Shown in pieces: positions 32,277-41,594 of a DNA stretch of 52,369 nt (the stretch's first letter is position 1; every line of letters starts with the position of its first letter). This stretch comes from a virus. Its lineage: Duplodnaviria; Caudoviricetes. Location: IMG/VR virus record IMGVR_UViG_3300032330_001259, positions 1 to 52,369 of that record; one strand, given 5' to 3'. The notes under the pieces were generated by a model. It saw only the letters and a program-made list of their open reading frames with translations, was not told the DNA's origin and searched no databases. A program made the position numbers and the translations under genes.

Positions 32277-33041
32277 GTAATCAGCCACTGACTGGAATTG
32301 TTTATTAAAATGTTTTCTAGCGCAGGTGTAAAACTGATATTTGTTTTTTAAATTTTTAGGAAATGGTATCTCTTTTATATCTGCGCTATATTTCTCTGCT
32401 ACTAGTTTTGCCACATCTAAAAAAGAAACAGGATCACTAGTTCCAACATCATATATTCCAGATGGCATTTCGGTCAATATACATTCAACAACATCATTAA
32501 CTGAAATAAAATCCCTAATACAGATATCAGAACTTTCAAATACTCTTATATTACCCGTTTCAATAGCAGATTTTGTAAACTGACACAATGGACTAGCTTG
32601 GCTACCTTTATGCTCTTCACCGTCTCCGTAAACATTAAAAAATCTTAATCCAACAATCTTAGAAAATCGATTGATATTATCCAATACCCATATATCAATT
32701 GTAGCTTTTGATAGAGCGTAAAAATTCAAAGGATTGATCGCATAGGTAAAGCTATTACCATAGACTGATGCACTGCTAGCATAAGTTACTGGTATTCCAT
32801 ACTTAATAGCAATCTCAAACAATTCTAGAGAATATCTAATATTATACTCATGTATCCTGTTTATATCTAATTCAGTAGTGCTAGATATCGCTCCTAGATG
32901 ATAGATATGCGTTACTTCATTCCAGTTTATAACCTCTAGAGATGAGTATGCATTGTTTATATTAACAGATATAACATTATCATGTACTTTACGAACTAGA
33001 TGAGATCCTATAAATCCATCACTTCCGGTTATTAATATCAT
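32184..33041 (-). CDS. hldD: ADP-L-glycero-D-manno-heptose 6-epimerase (extended SDR)
   Basis: MILITGSDGFIGSHL, HLGAISSTTE, YASSASVYG, PLNFYALSK, GLRFFNVYG.GE.HKG.QAS, RDFISV.D, YQFYTCA. Start moved to ATG 33041. Confidence 0.88.
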   Translation of the reverse strand: MILITGSDGFIGSHLVRKVHDNVISVNINNAYSSLEVINWNEVTHIYHLGAISSTTELDINRIHEYNIRYSLELFEIAIKYGIPVTYASSASVYGNSFTYAINPLNFYALSKATIDIWVLDNINRFSKIVGLRFFNVYGDGEEHKGSQASPLCQFTKSAIETGNIRVFESSDICIRDFISVNDVVECILTEMPSGIYDVGTSDPVSFLDVAKLVAEKYSADIKEIPFPKNLKNKYQFYTCARKHFNKQFQSVADYLTLVPNIIITKPNILLPISNSSSFKPIISI

Positions 33042-33333
33042 TAAAATAGCTATCCACATGTTGTGCTTTATCATCGATCCAGATATCATATGATGGTTTT
33101 TTAAAATTAAGGGATGTATATTTTACATTCCATTTTAAAAATTGATCTTTAGTTACTTCTGACCAATCTTTCCCAGAATTACCCCCACGGGCAGTCCAAT
33201 AATGTATCTCATGACCTTGATCGTATAGATCATTAAAATGCTTGATCCTGGAAACAAAAGGTTCAGCATAGATATAGTTACTATTAATAGTTGTTGTACA
33301 GATAGTTCCATCTATATCAACCATATATTTCAT
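33019..33333 (-). CDS. Small HAD-superfamily phosphatase
   Basis: VDIDGTIC (DxD), WTARG, KP.YD.WIDDKA motifs. Confidence 0.85.
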   Translation of the reverse strand: MKYMVDIDGTICTTTINSNYIYAEPFVSRIKHFNDLYDQGHEIHYWTARGGNSGKDWSEVTKDQFLKWNVKYTSLNFKKPSYDIWIDDKAQHVDSYFNDINNRK

Positions 33334-33686
33334 TTCTGGCTATCTCCCGGTATTACACGATAATTATCTGAAGGTTCATCAAAAGTACTCACTTCAAATA
33401 TAACAGAATCATTTTCTAAAGCTTTTACCTGATGTAGATCCAAAGGACGTAAACGCCATGTATCCCCTACAGTTAATATATGAGAATATTGTTTAGCATC
33501 ATTAGTATCAATAGTGATCAATTCAAAAGAACCTTTCTGTACATAAAACGTCTCATCTTTATTCTTATGGAAATGCATACTGCTAGTACTACCAGCACGA
33601 TCGTAACATAACATCTTGGCACAATATAATTCATTATGGGCGATAATAACTTCTTTACCCCAGCCTTTTGGTATTTCCTTAATCAT
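33330..33686 (-). CDS. Cupin-fold sugar isomerase-like protein
   Basis: KGWGKE, SMHFHKNKDETFYV, LHQV, FEVST, DNYRV cupin metal motifs. Confidence 0.8.
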   Translation of the reverse strand: MIKEIPKGWGKEVIIAHNELYCAKMLCYDRAGSTSSMHFHKNKDETFYVQKGSFELITIDTNDAKQYSHILTVGDTWRLRPLDLHQVKALENDSVIFEVSTFDEPSDNYRVIPGDSQK

Positions 33687-34845
33687 TGGTTTTCTCCAAA
33701 ATACTTGTCGTTGAATATCCTGTTACATACGGTATCAAAACTACTTTAGCTAAATCATGTCCAACTACATCATATATAGTTTCATAATCACCGCCCTTGG
33801 TTATAATGTTTGGTCTAATTTTCTTGATCAATTCATACGGTGTGTCTTCTTCAAATATTATTACCTGATCAACACATCCTAAGTTTTCTAAAACATACTT
33901 ACGATCTTCTTGTTTATTCACTGGTCTTTTAGATCCCTTCAATCTAGATACAGAAGTGTCTGAATTTAATCCTACTATTAATCTATCTCCCAATTTCCTA
34001 GACTGTTTTAGGTATTCAACATGTCCTTTATGTAATATATCAAAACACCCATTAGTGAACACAGTATGTTTTTCTATTGCCCGGATGTCTTCATTAGTTA
34101 AGACATAAGTTCCAAATTTAGTAACCGATCTAGATGCTAATCTCATAGCTCTAGTAGCTGCGTCTACTATCTCATACTTATGTGTTAAATAGTGTGCAAG
34201 AGCAGCTATAAAAACATCACCAGCACCAGTAACATCGCTAACTTGATGCTGATCTGTAGAGATAGTTTGATGCAGTCCAGAACGATTGGCAATTAAGATA
34301 CCTTTATCTGCCATAGTTACTATCATAGTTCCTATATCATACATTTCCAAAGCATCTCTAATATTAGAACATGAATTATAGTTTTTAAATTCTTTCTCAT
34401 TTAATTTAACTATGTCAGCTCCAATATAGTTTGATAAATCTTTTTTAGGATCAACGATTACTTTTTTTCCTTGGGTTTTTACATGTTTAATAATATCTAA
34501 ACTATTATGTAGAAATCCTTTATTATAATCACTTAGTATAACGTACTCAATATCATCAGAAAAATTATAATCTATCTTTGTGTTTTCAACATATGTCTCA
34601 TTATCAGATCTAAACAATATGTGATTATTACAAACATAGCGTGTCTTAATACTGTTCTTATTACAATGATACTCAACAGTATTTCCAAGGGCTATTAAAT
34701 TAGCTTGTACATTTCCAGCGCCACCATTCGTAGATTCTCTGTGTAATTCTGAAAAAATAGGTATTGGAGATTCAGGAGATATACGATCCACTGTTCCAAA
34801 AACATAAACATCAGTTATATGATCACCAATGAGACCTATATTCAT
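33679..34845 (-). CDS. hldE: Bifunctional heptose-7-phosphate kinase / heptose-1-phosphate nucleotidyltransferase
   Basis: RISPESPIP, GGAGNV..NL, LSDYNKG, VDPK, DVTGAGD (PfkB kinase); FTNGCFDILHKGH, GLNSD.SV..LKG..RP, KGGDY, GYSTT. Start moved to ATG 34845. Confidence 0.92.
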   Translation of the reverse strand: MNIGLIGDHITDVYVFGTVDRISPESPIPIFSELHRESTNGGAGNVQANLIALGNTVEYHCNKNSIKTRYVCNNHILFRSDNETYVENTKIDYNFSDDIEYVILSDYNKGFLHNSLDIIKHVKTQGKKVIVDPKKDLSNYIGADIVKLNEKEFKNYNSCSNIRDALEMYDIGTMIVTMADKGILIANRSGLHQTISTDQHQVSDVTGAGDVFIAALAHYLTHKYEIVDAATRAMRLASRSVTKFGTYVLTNEDIRAIEKHTVFTNGCFDILHKGHVEYLKQSRKLGDRLIVGLNSDTSVSRLKGSKRPVNKQEDRKYVLENLGCVDQVIIFEEDTPYELIKKIRPNIITKGGDYETIYDVVGHDLAKVVLIPYVTGYSTTSILEKTND

Positions 34846-34847
34846 TC

Positions 34848-34876
34848 TTGACTCTCTAAAAAATTTATTATATAAT
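34848..34876 (+). promoter_or_regulatory. Sigma70-type promoter for the large glycosyltransferase
   Basis: TTGACT-17 bp-TATAAT. Confidence 0.7.
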
Positions 34877-34894
34877 AATGGAATATTTACATTG

Positions 34895-34923
34895 AGCTTA
34901 CAATAGTAAAAATATTTTCGCAA
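34895..34923 (-). promoter_or_regulatory. Candidate sigma70-type promoter for the hldE operon
   Basis: Minus strand TTGCGA-17 bp-TAAGCT, followed by GTAAATA. Confidence 0.5.
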
Positions 34924-34947
34924 GTAAAAAATAAGGTATATATTATT

Positions 34948-37900
34948 ATGAAAATAGCAATCATTGATATCATTGGAATTCCATATGACGGGAGCACATT
35001 AGAAAAACAAGGGCTCGGTGGAAGCGAAAGTGCCGTCATACTACTCTCTAAAGAATTAACAGATATAGGCTTTGATGTTACTGTATTTAATACCTGTAAT
35101 ATTGATCATGCTAATCCTGGGATTTATGACGGAGTTACTTATAGAGTATTAACAGATTTAGCATTTGATCATGATTTTGATGTAGTTATTAGCTCCCGAA
35201 CAGTGATACCATTTACTAATCCAAAGGATTATCCAAATCTACGTGATAATAGAGCCATGCCTTTCCAAAGCATGAACTTATATGATAGGATCTTAAGTAA
35301 AGCCAAGATGCGTATACTTTGGATGCATGATACTTTCTGCTTAGGCGATCATGTATTAGAAAGTCTTGCTGTAAGTAATCGTATCACTGATATATTCACA
35401 CTCAGTGATTGGCACTCGACCTATATTACAAACTGTGATCACGGTAATCGACGAAACTTTGAAGTATTAAAGAATAAGTTATTCATTACACGAAACGGTG
35501 CTAAAAATTACAATACAGAAGTTGATATAACTGCTAAAGACCCTAATCTATTTGTCTATAACGCTAGTGCTAGTAAGGGAATGATTCCATTAGTAGAAAT
35601 CATATGGCCTATCATCAAGAGCCAGATTCCTCAAGCTAAACTAAAGATCATTGGTGGATATTATAGATTTAGTACTGTTTCAGAACCAGATGAACAGGAA
35701 AAGAAATGGAGGGCTATGGCAAATGATCCAAAAAATCTTAATCTAGACATCGAATTTACAGGAGTTATTTCACAAAAAGAAATAGCCAATATTTTAACTA
35801 ATGCTAGTTTTATGCTGTATCCATCCGCATTTCCAGAAACATTTGGAATATCTACGCTAGAATCTCTACTATATAACACGCCTGCTATAACTTGTCGATT
35901 TGGAGCATTAGAAGAGATAGCACTAGATGGGGCCTGTTATCTCATAGATTATGCTATAGAACCAAACGGACTATTTCCAAATATTAATAAAATGGATCAA
36001 ATTAATAGATTTGTTGATATGACTTTAAGAGCATATCATAACAAATACCTACATCAACAAAAGCAATATTACTGCAATATAATTAAAGATATCGCAGGGT
36101 GGGATGGAATAGCTCTACAGTGGAAACAGTTTATCTTCCGTAAGACAGGTGCATATCTACCAGTAGCTGAATATAGAGCTGTAACAAAGCTTAATCATCG
36201 TGTACACAAAGTTTGGCAGCGTCGATATCATAATACAGTTGAACTTGAATCGCATAAACTAGGCATAGAAAAAGAAATCTACGTAGTTTCTCCTTTTTAT
36301 AATGGTGCTGATTATATTGCTCGCTGTATTGAATCTGTTGCTGCACAAGATTACAACAATTATACACACGTTTTAATTGATGATAACTCGTCCGATGACG
36401 GTGTTAGTATTGCTGCTGATACTATAGGTAGATTGCCTGATGACATACGTAAGAAATTCATATTAATTAAAAATAATGAGAATAGAGGTGCACCTTATAA
36501 TCATATATCATTTATAAGAACTATCAAGAACGACGATGCTATCGTTATATTACTAGATGGCGACGATAGTTTAATTAATGACAACAGCATCTTTAACTAT
36601 TATAATACTCTTTATAGCGAATCTACTGATTTTAGCTACGGTAGCTGCTGGAGTATGGTTGATAATATACCTCTAATAGCACAGCCCTATCCAAAAGCTG
36701 TAAAAGAAAATAAGTCATATAGGCAACATAAATTCAATTGGAATATGCCCTATACACATCTGAGGACTTTTAGAAAAGGACTATTAAACAATATTAGCGA
36801 TAGTATGTTTAAGGACGAAAACGGCAATTGGTATAAAGCAGGTGGTGATGGATCTGTATTTTATGCCCTAATTGAATCTGCTGATCCAGATAAAGTAACT
36901 TGTGTACAGGATATCGTATATAATTACAACGACACTAATCCATTAAATGATTATAAGATTAACGGAGCTGAACAGACTAAGAATGCTAACAGTATATTAA
37001 CTAAGAAACCCATAGGTAGTAAGTATTCTATCGTTGTACCTACTATGTGGAGATGTAATGATGTGTTCTTACCATTTATTGATAAGCTATGTGATTGTGA
37101 TCTAGTCGATGATATCATAATCATCAATAACGATAATACTCGTACACCAGATAAGGACTTCTCAAATCCAAAGATAAGGATGTTTGATTTTGGAAAGAAC
37201 ATCTTTGTAAATCCAGCATGGAACTTTGGCGTAGAAAACAGTCGCAATGATAGAATTTGTATCGTTAATGATGACGTAGCATATGATCTTGCAGTACTAG
37301 ATAAGCTCTATGATATGCTTACACCAGAGAATGGTATATTTGGACTATGTCCTGGAGTTAGTGACTTTAATCAAATACCTGTTACTACTAAATCTATTGA
37401 TATAGTCGAATGGGTTGGCCAACATACTTATGGTTTTGGCTGTTTGATGTGGATACATAAGAAGAGTTGGATTACAATTCCAAATGGGTTGGATATCTAC
37501 TTCGGTGATAACTTTATCTTTGATATACAGTTAAGACAGGGAAAGAAGAACTATCTAGTAGCTAACATAGATTTCTATACTCCGTTTGCAGAAACAACTA
37601 AAGATACTACACTAACTGGTGGATTTTTAGATAGAGAATCTGTAGTGTATACCGAAGTTAAGAACAATATGGAAAGTTATCTCCCATCTGCGCTTCCGGC
37701 TCCAATTGCTATCGAAGCGATTCCAGTAGAAAAGAAGGAAAAGATAACAAAAATTTCAAAACCAACAAAGCGTATATTGATAGCTATACCAACAGCCAAC
37801 AATATCGAAGCAACAACATACAAAGCTATATATGATCTCGTAATACCGGATGGATATGTTGCTGATTTCCAATATTTCTTCGGATATCAAGTTGATCAAG

Positions 37901-38379
37901 TTAGAAATCTAATAGCAGATTGGGTAGTTAAAGGATACGACTATCTGTTCTCAGTAGATAGTGATATATCGTTCTCTTCAGATACACTAGTTAAGCTACT
38001 AGCACACAATAAGGATGTCGTATCAGGGCTTTATATACAGCGTATTCCTGGAACACATACACTCGAACTGTATGAAAAGAATGCGCATGGTGGTGTATCA
38101 AATATTCCAATTGATAAATTACCAGCTAATAGCTTACATGAAATAGCAGGTTGTGGTTTTGGTTGTACTTTAGTTAAGAAAGAAGTGATGGTATCTATCG
38201 GATATCCGCAATTTAAGTATCACTCTGCTATAGATCATAAAAATACCATATCAGAAGATGTAGATTTCTGTAGAAAGGCACTAGATAAGGGCTTTAGGAT
38301 ATGGGCAGATACTTCTATTATATGCGGACATACAGGTAAGTTTACATTCAACGTCGATGCTGGGAAGATGAAACGATAA
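34948..38379 (+). CDS. Multidomain glycosyltransferase (GT-B/GT4-like plus three GT-A/GT2-like domains)
   Basis: GLGGSE, LWMHD, YPSAFPETFGISTLES (GT4); VVSPFYN..YI.RCIESV, LIDDNS.D, LLDGDD (GT2); SIVVPTMW, VNPAWN, IVNDD; ILIAIP, FSVDSD, GCGFGCTLVK, SEDVDFC. Confidence 0.88.
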   Translation: MKIAIIDIIGIPYDGSTLEKQGLGGSESAVILLSKELTDIGFDVTVFNTCNIDHANPGIYDGVTYRVLTDLAFDHDFDVVISSRTVIPFTNPKDYPNLRDNRAMPFQSMNLYDRILSKAKMRILWMHDTFCLGDHVLESLAVSNRITDIFTLSDWHSTYITNCDHGNRRNFEVLKNKLFITRNGAKNYNTEVDITAKDPNLFVYNASASKGMIPLVEIIWPIIKSQIPQAKLKIIGGYYRFSTVSEPDEQEKKWRAMANDPKNLNLDIEFTGVISQKEIANILTNASFMLYPSAFPETFGISTLESLLYNTPAITCRFGALEEIALDGACYLIDYAIEPNGLFPNINKMDQINRFVDMTLRAYHNKYLHQQKQYYCNIIKDIAGWDGIALQWKQFIFRKTGAYLPVAEYRAVTKLNHRVHKVWQRRYHNTVELESHKLGIEKEIYVVSPFYNGADYIARCIESVAAQDYNNYTHVLIDDNSSDDGVSIAADTIGRLPDDIRKKFILIKNNENRGAPYNHISFIRTIKNDDAIVILLDGDDSLINDNSIFNYYNTLYSESTDFSYGSCWSMVDNIPLIAQPYPKAVKENKSYRQHKFNWNMPYTHLRTFRKGLLNNISDSMFKDENGNWYKAGGDGSVFYALIESADPDKVTCVQDIVYNYNDTNPLNDYKINGAEQTKNANSILTKKPIGSKYSIVVPTMWRCNDVFLPFIDKLCDCDLVDDIIIINNDNTRTPDKDFSNPKIRMFDFGKNIFVNPAWNFGVENSRNDRICIVNDDVAYDLAVLDKLYDMLTPENGIFGLCPGVSDFNQIPVTTKSIDIVEWVGQHTYGFGCLMWIHKKSWITIPNGLDIYFGDNFIFDIQLRQGKKNYLVANIDFYTPFAETTKDTTLTGGFLDRESVVYTEVKNNMESYLPSALPAPIAIEAIPVEKKEKITKISKPTKRILIAIPTANNIEATTYKAIYDLVIPDGYVADFQYFFGYQVDQVRNLIADWVVKGYDYLFSVDSDISFSSDTLVKLLAHNKDVVSGLYIQRIPGTHTLELYEKNAHGGVSNIPIDKLPANSLHEIAGCGFGCTLVKKEVMVSIGYPQFKYHSAIDHKNTISEDVDFCRKALDKGFRIWADTSIICGHTGKFTFNVDAGKMKR

Positions 38380-38386
38380 ATACTGT

Positions 38387-38563
38387 ATGGAACGCAGTTT
38401 AGTTAAGAGAAAGATCAATCCAACACCAGGTGTGAAGGATATACAACAACAAACTCTAGATCCCCAAAGTCCTGGATCTAGAGGTTTAGAAGCCTTTATT
38501 AAAGATAAACGCAATATAATGCCCAAAGACCTTAAGATCAATAAGGACCGAAACGTAAAGTAA
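38387..38563 (+). CDS. Small basic hypothetical protein (58 aa, not in the ORF track)
   Basis: ATG 38387 to TAA 38563 (MERSLVKRKINPTPG...), fills the gap, directly after ATAAATA at 38376-38382. Confidence 0.55.
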   Translation: MERSLVKRKINPTPGVKDIQQQTLDPQSPGSRGLEAFIKDKRNIMPKDLKINKDRNVK

Positions 38564-38566
38564 CCA

Positions 38567-38595
38567 TTGACTTCTAACACATTAACCTGTAAAGT
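38567..38595 (+). promoter_or_regulatory. Sigma70-type promoter for replication genes
   Basis: TTGACT-17 bp-TAAAGT upstream of AAGGAG and ATG 38616. Confidence 0.7.
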
Positions 38596-38615
38596 TAAAA
38601 AGTAAGGAGAATAAT

Positions 38616-38873
38616 ATGAGTCGAATTTATGGACCAGAAGAAAAAGCCAAGCTAATCAGCGTTATTAACCAAGGTAGCCAAGTTCTACAAGAAGTAGAAG
38701 ACCTCAAGGGTGGATTACGTGATACTGTTAAGGCAATCGCTGAAGAATTAGAGATCAAGCCAGCATTGCTAACCAAGGCTATCGCAGTTGCCCACAAGCG
38801 TAACTGGAATCAAGTTAACGAAGATTACGAAGAACTCGAGAATATCCTAATCACAACAGGAAAAGATGTTTAA
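38616..38873 (+). CDS. Small helical DNA-binding protein (T4 DsbA/GapR-like)
   Basis: 85 aa coiled-coil pattern L..VK...EEL.I.P..L.K.I..AH; directly upstream of the polymerase. Confidence 0.6.
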   Translation: MSRIYGPEEKAKLISVINQGSQVLQEVEDLKGGLRDTVKAIAEELEIKPALLTKAIAVAHKRNWNQVNEDYEELENILITTGKDV

Positions 38874-41539
38874 TGTCGTATGTAGACGCTATATTTGATA
38901 GAGATAATGACTTAATTAAAGTAGTAGAACGCAAGGACGGTAAGAAAGAGTTTAGAGAATACCCTACACGTCACGTATTCTATTACCCAGATCAAAAGGG
39001 CAAGTATGAAAGCGTGTATGGTGAGAAACTAAACCGCGTTGTTGCTAAATCTTCTAAAGAATTCCACAAGGAACTCAAGATACACAGTGGTAAAAGACTC
39101 TACGAGAGTGACATTAACCCAGTATTCCGCTGTTTAGAAGAGAACTATCTTAATCAAGATGCTCCTAAACTAAACATAGCGTTCTTCGATATTGAAACAG
39201 ACTTTGATCCTGAGCGTGGATTTGCTGATCCCAGCGATCCATTCATGGGAATCACTGCCATTTCAATACATCTACAGTGGCTAGATCGCCTAGTAACCCT
39301 CGCAGTGCCTCCTAAAAGACTTCCAATAGAAGAAGCAAGGAAGCAGTGCGAGGAGTTTACTGACTGTTTTATCTTTGATCGTGAAGCAGATATGCTAGAA
39401 ACGTTCTTGGATCTAATCGAAGATGCTGATATCTTAAGTGGTTGGAACAGTGAAGGATACGATATTCCCTATACTGTTAACAGAGTTGCTAGAGTATTAA
39501 GCAAAGAAGACACTAGACGCTTCTGTTTATGGAATCAATTCCCCAAGAAACGCGAATTCGAGAAGTATGGACGCCAATTAATCACTTATGACCTAGTTGG
39601 AAGAGTTCATCTCGACAGTCTTGAGCTGTATCGCAAGTATACCTATGAAGAAAGACACACTTATCGACTTGACGCCATTGGCGAGATGGAGATCGGTGAG
39701 AAGAAAACTGTCTATGAAGGTACACTTGATAGTTTGTATAACAATGACTTCCGTAAGTTCATTGAATATAACAGGCAAGATACGGCTCTACTTAATAAAC
39801 TAGACAAGAAACTAAAGTTTATTGATCTAAGCAACGAACTAGCACACGCGAACACAGTTCTACTACAGACTACTATGGGCGCTGTTGCTGTTACTGAACA
39901 AGCAATCATTAACGAAGCACATCGTAGAAGTTTAATTGTTCCTAATCGTCCAAAGCGTGATGAGAGTGAGAATACGCAAGCAGCGGGCGCATACGTAGCG
40001 TATCCAAAGAAAGGTCTACATGATTGGATCGGTTCTATGGATTTGAACTCACTTTATCCAAGTGCGATTAGAGCGCTTAACATGGCTCCTGAATCTATTA
40101 TTGGGCAGGTAAGGCCAAATTACACTGATGCGTATATTGAAGAACAGATGACTGTGTATAAGAAGAGTTTTGCAGCCGCTTGGGAAGGTAAGTTTGGTTC
40201 TCTTGAATATGAATACGTCATGAGCCAAGATAAAGCAAAAGATCTCACTGTTGATTGGGAAAATGGTGAAAGTGTCGTGATGAGTGGCGCTGAAATCTAT
40301 AAAATGATCTACGATAGCAATCAACCTTGGATGTTAAGTGCTAATGGAACTATCTTTACTTACGAGTTTGAAGGAGTTATCCCTGGATTGCTCAAGAGAT
40401 GGTATGCTGAACGTAAAGAACTACAGGCAAAGATGCGTGAAGCACTAAACGCAGGCAATCATATCGAAACTGAGTTCTGGGATAAGCGTCAGTTAGTTAA
40501 AAAGATTAATCTAAACAGTCTTTACGGAGCTATCCTTAATCCAGGATGTAGATTCTTCGATAAGCGTATTGGACAATCAACTACGCTAACAGGACGAAGT
40601 ATCGCAAAGCATATGGCTAGTAAAGTTAATGAGATTATAACTGGAACATATGATCATGTTGGTAAGAGCATTATCTATGGTGATACTGACTCAGTTTACT
40701 TCTCAGCATTCACTACGCTTAAGAAAGATATCGATAGCGGACTTATTCCGTGGAATCACGACAATGTAATCCAACTATATGATCAGATCAGTGATGAGGT
40801 TAACGGAACATTCGTTAAGTTCATGATCGATGCCTTCCATTGTCCAAAGACACGTGGTGATGTTATCAAAGCAGGACGTGAAATCGTTGCTAGCAAAGGA
40901 TTGTTTATTACTAAGAAGCGTTATGCTGTTCTTTATTACGATAAGGAAGGCAAGCGTTATGATAAGGAAGGAAAGCCTGGCAAGATCAAGGCTATGGGAT
41001 TAGATCTCAAACGATCTGACACTCCAGAGTTCATCCAGAACTTCCTAAGCACTATCTTAGACAAGGTATTAAATGGTCACGAGGAGGAAGAGATCCTCGA
41101 AATGATTACTGATTTCCGCACATTGTTCAAACATAGACCAGGTTGGGAAAAAGGTTCTCCGAAGAGAGCAAACAATATTACTGAGTATATGCGTAAGGAA
41201 GCCAAGGCAGGCAGGGCCAATATGCCAGGGCATGTGAGAGCAAGCATCAACTGGAACACACTCAAGAAGATGTATGGCGATAACTATGCCGTAAACATCA
41301 GTGATGGTGCGAAGGTTATCGTATGTAAACTACGTAATAATCCAATGGGATTCACAAGTGTTGCGTATCCAGTTGATGAATTGAGATTGCCACAATGGTT
41401 CAAGGAATTACCTTTTGATGATGCTGAGATGGAATCAACTATTATCGATGCTAAACTTGATAACTTGATTGGTGTGCTGGATTGGGATATCGTTGGCACA
41501 GAACAAACGAATACATTCAATAAATTATTTGAATTTTAA
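38873..41539 (+). CDS. Family B DNA polymerase (T4 gp43-like)
   Basis: Exonuclease FFDIET, GWNSEGYDIPY, YNRQD; polymerase DLNSLYPS, KINLNSLYG, YGDTDS, KKRY. Confidence 0.97.
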   Translation: MSYVDAIFDRDNDLIKVVERKDGKKEFREYPTRHVFYYPDQKGKYESVYGEKLNRVVAKSSKEFHKELKIHSGKRLYESDINPVFRCLEENYLNQDAPKLNIAFFDIETDFDPERGFADPSDPFMGITAISIHLQWLDRLVTLAVPPKRLPIEEARKQCEEFTDCFIFDREADMLETFLDLIEDADILSGWNSEGYDIPYTVNRVARVLSKEDTRRFCLWNQFPKKREFEKYGRQLITYDLVGRVHLDSLELYRKYTYEERHTYRLDAIGEMEIGEKKTVYEGTLDSLYNNDFRKFIEYNRQDTALLNKLDKKLKFIDLSNELAHANTVLLQTTMGAVAVTEQAIINEAHRRSLIVPNRPKRDESENTQAAGAYVAYPKKGLHDWIGSMDLNSLYPSAIRALNMAPESIIGQVRPNYTDAYIEEQMTVYKKSFAAAWEGKFGSLEYEYVMSQDKAKDLTVDWENGESVVMSGAEIYKMIYDSNQPWMLSANGTIFTYEFEGVIPGLLKRWYAERKELQAKMREALNAGNHIETEFWDKRQLVKKINLNSLYGAILNPGCRFFDKRIGQSTTLTGRSIAKHMASKVNEIITGTYDHVGKSIIYGDTDSVYFSAFTTLKKDIDSGLIPWNHDNVIQLYDQISDEVNGTFVKFMIDAFHCPKTRGDVIKAGREIVASKGLFITKKRYAVLYYDKEGKRYDKEGKPGKIKAMGLDLKRSDTPEFIQNFLSTILDKVLNGHEEEEILEMITDFRTLFKHRPGWEKGSPKRANNITEYMRKEAKAGRANMPGHVRASINWNTLKKMYGDNYAVNISDGAKVIVCKLRNNPMGFTSVAYPVDELRLPQWFKELPFDDAEMESTIIDAKLDNLIGVLDWDIVGTEQTNTFNKLFEF

Positions 41540-41541
41540 TC

Positions 41542-41570
41542 TTGATTTTACCCTACGATCTAAATATAAT
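41542..41570 (+). promoter_or_regulatory. Sigma70-type promoter with overlapping CTAAATA
   Basis: TTGATT-17 bp-TATAAT. Confidence 0.65.
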
Positions 41571-41594
41571 ATAACAATAAGGAAAGGCACAGTT

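Noticed and set aside
38873-41539. Intein or intron in the DNA polymerase
   Set aside because: Length is normal for the family and motifs are contiguous; no splicing or homing endonuclease signatures.
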